A stretch of DNA of 56,307 bases, counting the filler, from Trypethelium eluteriae (Eukaryota), in assembly GCA_051942245.1 (NCBI GenBank). It is 2 parts of 2 records of this genome, joined end to end, with 100 filler letters (N's around TTAATTAATTAA, not from the genome) between each part and the next. Parts side by side here need not be neighbours in the genome. Positions count along the whole stretch, not along the records: positions 1 to 28,114 come from JAVECL010000316.1; 1 more part is not named here. One strand, given 5' to 3'. The position numbers and the translations under genes were made by a program. The notes below the pieces were generated by a model that saw only the letters and a list, made by a program, of their open reading frames with translations, was not told the origin of the DNA and made no database searches. Each line of letters opens with the position of its first letter. Position 1 is the first letter of the stretch. This document shows, piece after piece, positions 12,352-25,145 of the stretch.

Positions 12352-12746
12352 TCAGTCCGATTCAGATTCCTCAGCCTCCTTGACCGTATCACGAAGCTCC
12401 TTGGCAATCATTAATGCGCTCGTCTCTCTGAATGATACGCTGGCAGTTGCACTAACCTCCTTGAGCCTCTCTTTCAACTCCGCCATCTTGGTTTCTTTGA
12501 TGAGAACAGTTTCATCATCAAGATCCTCGACTATGAAGTCGTTTCTGGCAGCATCAATTTTGTTGATGATGGCTTTGATAGACGGATCGCACTGGACCAA
12601 AACACCTGTAGCATCCACTGGCGTAAGCATGTCCTCAACATTGGTCTCTGCCCCATTACCTGGAGATATGCAATTCCGAGGTCATGAATTTCGACTCAAC
12701 AATCGTACTATGACGATTGAGACGTACCTCTGGTTGCCTTAGGCAT
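12352..12746 (-). CDS. TFB5: TFIIH subunit Tfb5/p8
   Basis: Exons 12746-12728, 12605-12457, 12399-12352. MPKATRGVLVQCDPSIKAII...FIVEDLDDETVLIKE. Confidence 0.93.
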
Positions 12747-13273
12747 GTTAAGCCCCATGAAACACCTCGCGGTTGTCAAACGCAGCTTGTAACTTCTAGA
12801 GTTGAGTTCGCGGTGGTCACGTCATGAGACTTGAAGCTCCAGACACAGCACGGCGGGCTAGCTCCTGCTCGAAGTGGGGCGGAGATTTCAAACCGCCGAA
12901 CGCCGGACCACAAAGTTGACGATCGGAGCAGGGATTCCCAAGTGCTTAGGAAGTTAGGAGGCACGGAGGTATCGAGCAAAAGCACCTTCAGCACTCCATC
13001 GTGCCCCATTATCACCCAGCACGACCCCTTAATAATTGCTTCGAACCTTTTCATACGATCCTCCATTGCATACTGACAAGGTCAGTCATGCCTATGACCG
13101 GTACCTTGCCTTTTCATCTCATTATGAGGGGTCGGACTTCGCGGTAACGCCTTTCCCGCCCGATTCCGCTCGCGGACTCGAAGAATATCCTTTTGATAAG
13201 GCTCTTGCTGGTCCACAAGCACCTGAATTGCCTCGAGGCTTCTGAGAGCTGCACTTTTATGATCCAAAAAAGC

Positions 13274-14137
13274 ATGTATGGAACATCCGGAGTCGCCGCC
13301 ATAGCTCTCCTCGCCTTCCCATGGATTCCGCTTGTCGAGGCACAAGCTCAAAGCTCGACGACTGAACCATCACAATCTTCACCTACAACTCTGACAACTT
13401 CCATAACCTCCCCTTCAGCTTCCACATCCTCTCAATCTACGCGAGTATCGTCATCTGACCCCCGCCTCAAACCTACGACTTCCACATTCACCACCTCCTC
13501 CTCTAGCCTTGTTGCTTCTGCAAACCCCACCGGCTCTACCGTACCCCAAACATCAAAACAAATCCAACAAGAAAACCAAGATAATGGACTTGTCAACTCT
13601 TACTTTGCCATCCTCGCCCTTCTCGTTCTCTTCGTCTTCCTGGGAGTGTGGTTCCTACACCGCCGCAGAAAACGCGCGAAGGCACGAAGCATAACCGGGC
13701 GGCAGGAAGCCCTGGCTCGAGATCTCGACGGATGGGTTCGGCGTGATGGGACGAGTGGTACTACAGGCAATGGGCAGAATGGATTGGTCGGGCGGTACTG
13801 GGGACACTGGCGTAGTTGGAGCGATGCGTACACGAGACGTGAAGAAGGGCTGAATGAACGGGGAGAGGCGCCGCCGGCCTACTCACCCAGAGCAATATCG
13901 GAGGAAGTAGCGCGACAACGGGAGCGAAGGGAAGAGGAGGATGAGAGGAATTTGCAGATTCCGTTGAGGACGCTGAGCAGGGAGGAAGTTCCTGGACTGA
14001 AACCCCCCGAGTACGCGGAGTCAGTGAGGCGAATTAGCTTAGAGAGCGAAGAAGGCATGCCGGCGAGTGCAACGGTGTCAGTAAGCCCCGCTCATCCACC
14101 TCTACCGAGAGATGGAACCGGGCCTGTGCCAAGGTAG
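13274..14137 (+). CDS. Type I single-pass membrane protein with Ser/Thr-rich ectodomain and cytosolic PY motifs
   Basis: Signal peptide (MYGTSGVAAIALLAFPWIPLVEA), S/T-rich stalk, TM FAILALLVLFVFLGVWFL then RRRKR, EGLNERGEAPPAY and PPEY. Confidence 0.8.
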   Translation: MYGTSGVAAIALLAFPWIPLVEAQAQSSTTEPSQSSPTTLTTSITSPSASTSSQSTRVSSSDPRLKPTTSTFTTSSSSLVASANPTGSTVPQTSKQIQQENQDNGLVNSYFAILALLVLFVFLGVWFLHRRRKRAKARSITGRQEALARDLDGWVRRDGTSGTTGNGQNGLVGRYWGHWRSWSDAYTRREEGLNERGEAPPAYSPRAISEEVARQRERREEEDERNLQIPLRTLSREEVPGLKPPEYAESVRRISLESEEGMPASATVSVSPAHPPLPRDGTGPVPR

Positions 14138-14577
14138 TCAGCATGACGGCGGAACTACTCCTTGAGATTAGATCTGCTTGATGCTTCAGAGCCCAAAATC
14201 GTTCATGAGAGGCATCTGAGGAGCGATGAACAACTTCGTTTGCATTGGGCTGAGATAACGGCGTTTTCTATTACGCATTGCGGTGGTGTTCACCTCCGTC
14301 TTTGCATCTTTATTGTGTACATACGGTCTGCTTCAGGATGAGTCCGCTCTTGAAGAACCTTCGTAAGTCTTCATGTCATCGAGAAGATGGGAAATAGCGA
14401 TCTTTGACAAGATTTGGTGTCTCTACATTTACCTGCGTAAATCTTTACAACTTCTCATCGCGGTTATCAGGGTTGGGTCTTTTCCATATAGGAAGAGAAA
14501 TTTCACACGATGCCACTGCCCTGTGTATAGACCTATGAAGCCCTTTATCTCGTCGCCATTTAGACAAGAATGCTTCA

Positions 14578-15973
14578 TCACAGCTTCTCAAATATGGGCT
14601 TCCTTTTCTGCATCCCCGCTGTCATTGCGTTTTTCACATCACTCGTCTGAACCATGGCACTATTCCACACCGCTGTAAACTCCAATCCTAAGATTCTACA
14701 TTAGCGTTCGCATCCATGAGAAAGACGTCCTCAAAGCTCACCGTCTTCAACAGAATGATCTCTGGAGTAGTTGATCAGTTTCTTCGTCCCCATCACAGCC
14801 ACTGGACTCTTCTCAGCAATTGCGCTTGCGAGCTTAAGCCTATGTCCAAAATCAGTGGTCCGATTACGGTCTAGAGCCTGGCCCATGGCATCATCAGCGG
14901 CGATCCAAGAGGACCAACAGTCCGCTTCAGGGTAATACAGCAACAGTGGAACGAGAGATGAGATAAGATCGCACCCACCCCGCCTCGATACCCTCTTTTT
15001 TACTAGGATAAGCCGCGCTTACGAGCCCTACCCTGAGAGCTTCTTCCCATCCAAAGGGGCGTGCCGTCAAAGCGATGTCTTTCACCTATTACACTTGTCA
15101 GCTGGCATGACTTATCATTCCCTTTCCACCCATTCATGATGCCGCTGACGCTGATCTCTGTCACAGGCGAAGGGAGAGGCAAGGCAGCAGTGGGTCACTT
15201 ACCCAACTCAGGTTACCTACCGCCTTGGGAAGCCGACTCAGGGTCCCAATATCTGCCGCAATCCCAATATCGACCTCCTTGACACAGAAGGTCGTTGGTG
15301 GAGACCTACTAGTACACAGGCGGATGTCGGTTGCTAGGGTAAGGTCGATGGCGAGGCCGTAAGAGGAGCCGTGAAGGAGTGAGATGATTGCTATATCATA
15401 GATTATTTTGAGATATTCAATGAAATCGAGGGGGCCAGGGAGAGGAGAGCGGGATTCTCACGTTTTTCGCACTTCTCAAGTGCGGATATGCAACTTTGAA
15501 ACTCAAGAATATGTCGTCGGAGGGCATTGGCTTTCTTTAAGTCAAACTAAGTTTTGGAAATCGCTTCGTAATTAAGAGGGCGACATTATTTACCCTCGCA
15601 TTATCTTGGGCGCTTTCGGAGAGAATACCGCCTTGAGATGCTGCCTAGCAGGAAATTACGAATTTAGTCATTGAATATCTCTGTGATTGTAGTAGGCACC
15701 TGGATGTCTAGCCCGGCCGAGAATGCGCGCTCCCCAGCCCCTGTTAGCAACACGGCTCGGATCTCAGGATCGTGAGAAATGCGATTGAAGATCTTGGCCA
15801 GCTCAAGCCACATTCTGGATAGTATTCAGACTTGCACAATGCGTCTTCGTATCTGTAGGGGAAATTTACGGCTCGATCCAAGCGTTGAGTTTCGCGGGCC
15901 TGTTGATTTCGACATGCACGACTGCATTGATGGGGAAGGACATGTTGAAGTAATCGTACGTCCATTCCGTCAT
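14578..15973 (-). CDS. Delta3,5-Delta2,4-dienoyl-CoA isomerase (crotonase family), 8 exons
   Basis: Spliced reading gives VHVEINRPAKLNAW, RAFSAGLDIQ, FCVKEVDIGIAADIGTLSRLP, KSPVAVMGTK. C-terminus FEKL is PTS1-like. Mostly invisible in the ORF track because of short exons. Confidence 0.88.
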
Positions 15974-16713
15974 CTTCGACCTTGACATTCAGTGTACTTT
16001 GAAGCGAGCGGTTGAGGAGGTTATGCCGATCCTGCTGTGAGAATGACAAGGAAGATTGTTTGAGGGACGCGGGAACGAAGTAAGAGATACCTACTAGGTA
16101 GGTAGCTAAGGTACGGGTATGGTACTCCGTACAACAACACGTGAGATACTCTAGAGTACTCTGAATCTCGACTCGGCCAATCGGAGCTGGCTGCGGAGTT
16201 GCTGTGGAGTGCCTACGCACGCCACGCTTCGATACCACGCTCAGGTATCTTCTCACTTCTCTATCTACTTCCTGCAGTTCCGTGTCGGACTACCCTTCAC
16301 ATCAAAGAACTTACCATGGCTGTCCACGACTGTAGGTCACGAAATGCATCTCTAATTAGAAGTCAGAAAAGCCGTTCTCAAGGAAGTAAGATAAAATCAA
16401 AGTCACAGAAGTTCCACACACAAGACCCGTGAGGAGGGGCCCTTCCTTTGCTCGCCTTCCAATTTCCTCGAATCAAACTCTGAAAACTTCCCGAGGTTGC
16501 CCTCATAACTTTACACAGAGACTACGTGTCTTTGGATTGTCATAATTAGAAGTTCGATTATCTCTTCTCTGTTGCTCACAGTTTGCTACTCATCGTCATG
16601 CTTGACAAAATGCGAATCGGTCATTTTGCCTTTCACTTAAGAATGAAGCTGCGCCCGTTCCTACGGCTTGGAATTCCTCTGAGGGTCTTTCGATTTGCGA
16701 CATATTCTCTTTA

Positions 16714-19460
16714 ATGATGAATCGCATTCTTGGCTTTCTGCTTTTGCTCGCCACATTCACTGCCATGGCACATTCTCAAGCCCCAAACAATTCTTCTTCC
16801 ACAGCTCTTGGTAGCAGATTGCCTTTCCGTGTCACGCCCCAAAATTTGCCCTCGAATGATCCGTCAAGCACGTCTTCGGAGGCTGCACCCGACGTCTCCT
16901 CTTCCACTGCCACAGCCAACAGCTCTTCCGCCAGTCCTAGAGCATCTACCAATGAGACTAGGGAATATCTGTTCATCACTAAGGAAAACACCACAGCTGA
17001 AGAACTTGAAGGCCTCATTTCGAAATATTCACTCCCCAAGGATGGGTCTCGTTCTAAACACGATCCCGGGCATTCATACACCGTGAATATGACAGATTCT
17101 ACCGCAGATGAGATCGGAGATGACCCGCAAGTGATTGCAATTGGAGTGAATATACATGCATATTGCCTGAATGCCCCTCCAGCGGATGCTCAAATTGAAA
17201 GAAATCTCACTAAGCGAGTGTCGATGCCGAGTCGAGACCCGACTTTGTGGCGTCGAATTCCTGCTCCGCCTCATCTCAAGCTCCTATCTCGAAGTAAAGG
17301 CAATCGGATCTCGGAAAATTTTGGAGGCCTCCTATATGATCAAGCCTTAGGGCGAGGCTCGTTCATATATGTAGTGGACACTGGCTACAATAAGTGGCAC
17401 AAGGAATTTGAAAATCGAGGAGGGCACACCAGGTCCTGGACCGTCCCAAACCGGATTTCTGGTGGTACTGAACCCGAAGATGGGACGGACTGGCACCCCG
17501 AAATGCCAGGCTCTCAAGACTTCACCGGGCATGGAAATGGTGTTGCGAGTGTCGCTGGTGGAGCGACGCTTAGCATGGCTTCAGAAGCAGAACTTGTCAT
17601 TGTAAAGATCACGAACGGCCGGTCGACCCCGCAAGGCTACGAGGAAGCTCCTATGCTTCATGATGCCATGGAAGAAGCGTTCAAATTCATCATAGATGAG
17701 GTGACAAATGACCCACAGAGACAGAGGAAGTCAGTAGTCAACTTATCAATCGGTGAGTCTCAAATCGAGTTCTAACCATGAATAAGCGGTATTTAGCTGA
17801 GCCAAATATAGGATTTCGCCTCGCTACAAATCTACCAAGACGGCGACACACGCATCCGGTAGAAGCGTTGTATCGTACATTTCTGAGAGAATGCCAACAA
17901 TTGGGTGTGGTAGTTGTTGCTGCAACTGGAAATGATGGCAATTTCTGGGCAAAGGAACGCAAGAACGTATGGCAACCAACCTACACTCACGAACCCGGCC
18001 TCAAGCCTTTTTCTCTAGACTGGGGTTGGCCTCAAAGCCTCGGCACCGACACCAGCCCACTGATCACTGTAGGAGGTGTGGATTATAAGGGATACTTGTA
18101 TGAGGATACAACTCCACGCCTGAGTTCAAATGGAGGCCGTGGTTCGATCACAGCATACGCCATGGCAGTTGACGTGCCCATGGCGTCTAATATAGATGGC
18201 TCTAGCCTTCCCGAAATCGATGGCACAAGCATTGCAGCTCCGGCTGTGGCATCGTTGATTGCATATCTGATGTCTGTACCGCGAATATACAGTCAATTGT
18301 CCACGAACCCGCGACAGTTCGTGCTGGATATGAAGAGCTTAGTTCAGAGTGATATGTGGCCTCGTCATCCTCGAGGGCAGATTCTAAAATCTGGCACTCC
18401 TCCTCTCAATTACGCCGTGGACCTTCCCAATGAGGCACCAGTTCCAATTAACCGTGCATTCAAGTATTACTGTCCCAGTGGACCTGGCCGAGACGTTAAA
18501 CGGGATATCGAGCTTCTTCGCGACGAAACGATGGATATGGCGCGTATAACTACCAGAAACGCATCCGCCCCTCCAGCAGATCTACCGGTAGTGATTAATG
18601 GAACTGCAGTTGAAAATTGGGAAGGTTTCAATGTGACAGAACTCGATGGATTCACCATGGTGGCGTGTCCACTAAATTCCAGCTCAAATTCAGATTCATC
18701 ATCTAGCTCGCCAACCACGCTGGCAACATCGTTCACTGGACCATCCGACGCTTCCAGCGATAATGCCACCTCGTCAGGTCCTAGTCTATCGGGAGGTGAT
18801 ACCTCATTGCTCTCCTATCCGAACGCCTCCAACGACAACGGCAGCAACTTATTCCCAGCCAATTCTTCCGCCGACACGGCTACCTTGTCACATCTCACTA
18901 CTTCAGCTACAGACAGTACATGGCTTTCCTTGCACAGCGCTCAGATGAGCAGTACGATTAACAGCGAGCTTGCAGGATTCGAGAGCTCGATGGGTGCTGG
19001 CTCTGGCACGCTCCTACCGGCGAGCTCGATGGTGCAACCGGGAGGGTGTACTACATTTGCTGACAGAGCAGAGCCAAGCAGCTTCTGCTACCCATCGATG
19101 ACGTGGCCCAGCTCGCTCACATCTCTAACGTTGCCCAGCTCGTTCACATCTCAATCTTCACCTCCCGCTCCCCCTGACCCATCGCCCTCAGAGGGTTGCA
19201 CCACAAAATGGAAAGCTTCCTCTGGTGATGTCACTATCTCTGGAACTGGGTGGGATCCTGCAAGGCTTGGGCACAATGGAGTCGGGCTCAAAGACGCGGT
19301 GGGTGCTTGTGGTACTCCGACTGATTGGGAATGGACATCGCCTGCAGAAGGCTGCGACTTTACGGCAACGTTCCACATGAGATCCTTCCACCTGCATTGT
19401 TTGGAGCACCATTTGAAAGCAGCGGGATCCCCCGGCAACATTTGTGCTGGAAATAGCTGA
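16714..19460 (+). CDS. Secreted modular subtilisin-like (S8) serine protease
   Basis: Exons 16714-17752 and 17812-19460. Signal peptide, prodomain ending LTKR, catalytic YVVDTG, GHGNGVAS, oxyanion ATGNDG, GTSIAAPAV, Ser-rich linker and Cys-containing C-terminal domain. Confidence 0.88.
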
Positions 19461-19823
19461 ATGACTATATTTTCTGTGGTGAAGGACTGGGAGTCTTCCC
19501 ATGTACCTATCTCACTGAGAGATGGAGCCTGCAATCCGACCATTGTCACTCATTCCGCTGGCCTAGATTGATTTGAGAGATTGACCCTCCATTGGAAAGG
19601 GTATCGATCTGTTGGTAGAGATCTTGAGCAAGTGTCCTCCAATTCATAGACATTGATAATTCTATCATATTTCACTCGGTCACTAGTCGGACCTCATTTG
19701 TTGCTGGTGAAAGCATTACAATAAGACTTCATTATGTATATGCTGAAGATGCTACGATATTCATCCTCAAAAGGTCTGTCAGTGGAACTTTGAGACGTGT
19801 TTTGAGCACCGTGCTGGCCAATT

Positions 19824-20811
19824 TTATTTTGTCGGCCGCAGAGACTCGGCACTAAGCCCCCTCGCATTCTCCAGTCTTAGCATGCTACCTATTTTCTTGC
19901 CCTGTCCTAGTATGCCACTTGGATGGATAATTAAGAACACCACAACCACCGCTATCATCAACAATGCGTCAAACAGATACAAGAAAACCTCATGCCGCAT
20001 CAAATATCCGTCGTTCCCCATCCCGTACTCGATAAGCCGAAATACCGAACGCACAAGGATCAAGCCCGAGGCGGTGTACAACACCTTCAAATGCCTGTCC
20101 CACGACAGTCTCAACAGCGGATGTTCGGCATCCGCACTCATGCTCACCATCCAGCGCACGACGCGCCTCTGCCATACCCTCGCTACCACGACGAAAGCCA
20201 CAAACCATGCGAGCTGGAGTGCCAGCCCGACGAGCACGACGTTCTTTCCCATGCTCAGACTGTTCGCCTTATGGCCGGCCATCAGCGCATCTCCAGTCGC
20301 TTGCACGACGAAGGAGATAATGTCTCCACAGACGAAGAAGGCAGTGAGGCGGGTGGGTCGGAGGGGGGAAAGCTGGGCGGAGTGGGTGATGAGGATCATG
20401 CGTCCAAGGATCATGTAGATGGACGCTGCGAAGAGGGCGGGGGCGACAAGCAGGAGGAGAGATTGCTGGATATAGGGACCCATGGCTTGGTTGTTGTTGT
20501 GGGATAGGACGCGGCCGACGTAACCAGCTGTTTCCACTGCAGAGGGAGCAGAGAGGTCAGAACCACGTCGACCAGCAGGTAGAGGGAAGAAGCCAGGAAA
20601 AAGAGTGGAGGTGCAAGAGAAGAGGGAGAGGCTTACTGAGGCCGCCGATGATGAAGGCAATCCAGAACCACATTTTAAAGCGGAACATTTGGATTGCATG
20701 GACGACAGTGAGGACGAAAAAGAGAAAAATGAAGATCGTAGCGGCCGCCAGATTGGGCACATAGTAGTAGTAAACAAAGTGCCGCTGTCCATCTCCGCTA
20801 CTGTTCGCCAT
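19824..20811 (-). CDS. RTA1-like 7-TM lipid-translocating exporter family protein
   Basis: Exons 20811-20637 and 20536-19824. Motifs YYYVPNLAAA, LLLVAPALFAASIYMILGR, FVCGDIISF, RSVFRLIEY, HEVFLYLFDALLM. Confidence 0.92.
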
Positions 20812-21681
20812 TTTGAGTAGAGTATGGATCTATTGGGGTGACCGACTGATATAGATAAAATGGGTCTAGGAATCAAAAAAAAAAAAAAAAGGTGAAAATG
20901 CTGAAATTGGGATTTTGAAAGTGCTGGAGATGAACGATGCTTGATGTCGTCGTTGTGGACGTGATTGAAGCTTTATTCCAGAGAGGGAGCCAGCTCCTAA
21001 ATTGAAGAACAGCCTGCCTACCTTATGTTCAATTTTTATCCTTCTACGCCGGCGTACTTGGGGCCTCATGCCAAATGCCCGATCAAGACAAGGTCCACGT
21101 ACAGAGACATGGCTGATTGGCTGACGAGTCCGTGTGAGCATCATCGGGGTGGCTCATGCCTTGATAGCAGGGGGCGAAGAAAGTCAGGAAGAGGGTTGGT
21201 ACGAAGAGGGCAGGGATGAACGGAGTAACGAAGTGTTTACTCCGGGCCATCAGAATAGAAGGCACCGATGGAGTACCTTATTAATACGGGATACGGGAGT
21301 ACAAGTCGACGAGGGTGAGCCTGGTCGTGACTGGTTCTGATTGGTGCACTCTGAGCTGCTCTCGTTCTCCGTCATCTGTGATTGGTAGATATCGGTTTTG
21401 GCCTAGTCGCTCTTTCCAACTCCAGCTCAGCAGCCTCAGCCTCCAGTTACACGTAAAGCGCCAAGTCAGGCACCGGTCGTGCAGCAGATTTAATCTCTGC
21501 TGTAAGCTCCCACGATGAAGTCGTTTTTGCCCAATGGAACTCTTCTCTGTGCGCGACCATCCATGAGATCAGAGGAGCTTACCATCAAACCGTCGCTATA
21601 CCACCTCCCCTCCAAGCCCTATCAGGATAACGCCCCCCTCCGAATCGTCTATCTCATTCAACAACTCCCGACCTGAATGGT

Positions 21682-23432
21682 ATGACTACCAAGAGACCTC
21701 ATCGGAAGACCAGAAACGGATGCAAGTTTTGCAAAGAGCGCCGCATTAAGGTAAGCCACACCTCGACTCGTACTCCTATTAGTGTGGCCTCTGGGACGTG
21801 CTTTCAATCATGCTTGCACATTTTTTGAGTTAAAATGACAGAGGGCGGTGGGAAAGGAGACAAATTTGTTGAAATATGTAACACGTGCCAACTCTTGACG
21901 CACTTCTGCCTATAGGTATCTAAATTTGCTTGTTGAGCAATGGCGCCTGCAACGAGATATGCTCATAGGCAGCCTTTCATGTCCTTTTCGAGATTCCGTT
22001 TTTCTTGTGCCAGGGCTTCAACAAATGACTCGTGGAAAACTCTAGACGCTTACTATGTGAATAGTGCGATGAGGGAAAGCCAAGCTGCGAGCGCTGCCGG
22101 CAAAAGGGCATTCTCTGCAGTTTCCTAACCATTGTTCCCCTTGGGCTTCCATCAAATGGGACCTCACGCTATGCGACGGCAGCATCCTCTACGGTTTCGC
22201 CACTGCCTTTCGTAGTTAATACGTATGATCACTGGATCCAGCCGAAGGTACTGCCTCAACCGGCTCTGCCGGAGCTTGTAGACCTAACTTTAGCATCTTC
22301 CCGGAATCCCGAGCTCGACCGTGTGCTGCTACGCACTTACGTGAATGATACTGCATCTTCTCTTTCCGACCAGAAAGAGACACGCTTGGCATGGTCGGAA
22401 GCTGTCCCTCGTATAGCCCTCTCCCATCCCTTCCTGGCCGATGGCATGCTTGCCATGGGCGCTCTCCACCTTTCGCGACTGCAACGAAACAGCAGCGCAG
22501 AGACGTATCTGCGTAGAGCAACCGTCAAATTCGACCAATGCCTCCCCGTCTTTCGTAATACTATTGAAACCCTCTCCGTCTCCAACTGCAACCCTCTCTT
22601 CGTCTTCGCGTCCTTCATCGTCGTGTTCCTCTTCGCAATCGCCTCAAACGACAGCGGCGCCCACCTCGCCTCCCTCGACTCCTCGCGCCGCCAAGGCGAA
22701 TTCCGCGTTGGCGCCGCCATCCTCAATCGCTATCTCCAAGCTTTCCAAGCACTCCGCGGACCCCTCTTCATCCTCTCCTCCTACTTCGACCACCTTCACG
22801 GAGGGCCCTGCTCACACATTTTCAGCCGGCCCCTCTGGCCCAAGGAACCGCTCTCGGCCGCGCTCGCGCACGCTGGCATGGGCGCCAGTGCCGACGATGC
22901 GCGGCTACTGTCCCTGAAGACGCTGTGGGCAGACGAGACGGTCGAGGTGCAGGCGACGCTGAACAGGACGCTCGAGGATCTGCGCTGGAGCTTTGCCCTC
23001 GTGGCGTGCATCTCGAGGGACCCGACAGGTGCGGTATCCGGGCTGTCGTTCCGAACCGAGGAGGAGATCGCGGAGGACCGGGATGAGGCGCCCGCCGTGC
23101 TGACAGATCGGTCCGCCGTACTGGTGTTTCCTACGCGGATGATCATGCCATTTATTGAGCTTGTAGCGGCGCACCATCGCCCGGCTTCAATCCTGCTGGC
23201 ATATTATACAGTGCTGCTGGATCGGGTTGGGGATTTGTGGTGGAGTAAGAACACGGGAAAGCATATTGCATTGGCTGTGGCGCTAGTCTTGGGAAGAGAG
23301 TCAAGAGATTGGCTTGAGTGGCCGATGGCGCATCTCGGGCTGGATGAGGTCTGGGCAGACGAGAAGGAGAATTACGGTAGCAATCTGAGATCGTTGCTTC
23401 AAGTCGATAAAGGTGGGAACGCACATCTATAG
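21682..23432 (+). CDS. Zn(II)2Cys6 transcription factor, Upc2/Ecm22-like architecture
   Basis: Exon 21682-21750 KRPHRKTRNGCKFCKERRIK, then exon 22065-23432 CDEGKPSCERCRQKGILC. Middle domain VPRIALSHPFLADGMLAMGALH, end WLEWP. Confidence 0.9.
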
Positions 23433-23766
23433 GTTAATGGGGTTGCAAAAACAGCGTACAGCTTAGGTGCTTTTACACCTGATGATTAGACTTGGAGCGT
23501 CCTCTTAGATGCACTGACAGGTCGTAGGATAAGGGGCGCAGCAAGTGCGAGAGGGTCTCCCACTTGAAAGCTTTGTGGAAATTGTTGAGTTTATTTAGGA
23601 CAATGATCAACGTCCTGGCGAGGCCTCATCAGAATGAACCATCGCCTCTTCAATCACTTCTTATCAGTAACCCAGTCATGAAATCACCATGGCCGCCCTA
23701 TTCATGTAAGATTTCGAGCGCACCAGAACACCGCGTGTGCCATGCCCGTGAGTATGTAATGGGGTA

Positions 23767-25145
23767 TCAATCATCAAATACAATCTTCTTGCCGAAGCCT
23801 CTAACAGAACCCTGCGCTGTAATCTTCATTTTGAAGGTTCCTTTCCGAACCTTGAGCTTCGGACGCTTATCTGACTCGAAGTCAGAATGGAAGTCAGAAT
23901 GGGAGTATTTGAGCCGAAGTTTACTGAGGTCTGAGCGACGTATATATCGGAATCGGGATTGTCATCTGAAATGGTGGTTCAGGGGCCAACCTGTCAACCG
24001 AATGGTGCGGATCTATCGGGCGATTGACGAAGGTAACGTCGATTGCCATCTCCACCAGAAGGTCCATTTGCGTCGTCCTGAGTAAGGCCTACGTTGGTCG
24101 ACTTACCAAACCGCTTTCTGTACCGAGTACTTGCGTGTTCGGCAAACTCACATTTAATCGCACGGCCATGGATCCGATTCACGTAATACTTTCGAGACTT
24201 CTTTACGGCCTTATCATCCGACTCTCTCATGACCCATCCTCTCGCCGCACTGGTAGCGGCCTCCACCGTCTCGAATGTCACCCAGGCATACCCCTTTGAT
24301 CGTCCCGAGTCCTCAAATGTTGCCATGTGAATGTTCGCAATCGTACCACACGGTTCAAAAGTCTGTTTCACATCCTCCTCCGTCGTCTCAAACCCAAGGT
24401 TTCCCACCCATACCTTCGTATTCGGCGGGTTCGAACCTCCCACTTTCTTTGCGTGGTTCTTTTCGACCTTTTTGACGGATTTCTGCTGATGCAATTCTGG
24501 ACGTCCCTGGAAGTCACTGGAGCGCTTGACGAGAAGATTGCGCCCTCTCATCGTTGTCTCGCTCAGCGCAAGCGCAGCCTCTTGGGCGTCCGGCGTAGTG
24601 AAATCGACATAAGCAAAGCCCTTGTTGTGCTGCTCTTTGCTGTTGATGGAGGATCCGGGGTGTGGCAGTGGCATGTGGATGCGAGTGATGGTTTCGCCAG
24701 TGATTGGTTTGCACATTTGGGTGAGAAAGGTGCGAAGATCAGCTTTGGTGCATGTGAAGTGTAGATTGCCGATCCAAATGCCATACACGCCTACTTTCAA
24801 AGTCTCAATGGCATCATGGAAAACTTCATCAGAGGCATCAGAAGCTTCGGCGGCGGCGCGAGATTTGGGTGCTTCGAAGGCAGGTACTGAGGGAGAGGGT
24901 GATGACGCTGGATCTATTGCAGAGACCTCAGGACGAGAGGATGCGTTGAGCTTGATGTCTCCTTTCGGTCGAGTTGATTTTCCCTTCTTAGCTTGGCGCT
25001 TTGCTTTCTTTGAAGGTGGTTCAGGTGCGTCCAAATCGACTTCAATCTCATCGACGGCAGAGGCATCTCTCTTGCGCTTGACAGAAGGATTATCAGTCGA
25101 ATGCTGCTCGGCAATTGCCTCTGTATCGACAGCCATGTCAGCCAT
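23767..25145 (-). CDS. Nucleolar two-RRM RNA-binding protein (Nop13/Rnp24-like)
   Basis: EIEVDLDAPEPPSKK, RRM1 (GIWIGNL...NKGFAYVDF), RRM2 (VWVGNLGF...KGYAWVTF). Proposed intron 24106-23871 gives a terminal GKKIVFDD. The unspliced ORF stops at 23994. Confidence 0.85.

Noticed and set aside
20537..20876. 350-aa RTA1 ORF N-terminus from the ORF track
   Set aside because: It reads through an intron in the wrong frame. The true first exon is 20811-20637.
20875..20890. Poly-A/T run
   Set aside because: Simple homopolymer in the RTA1 leader with no TSD or retrocopy context.
20812..21681. Sterol-response elements in the RTA1/TF intergenic region
   Set aside because: Only partial TCGT matches and no full TCGTATA-type site seen.
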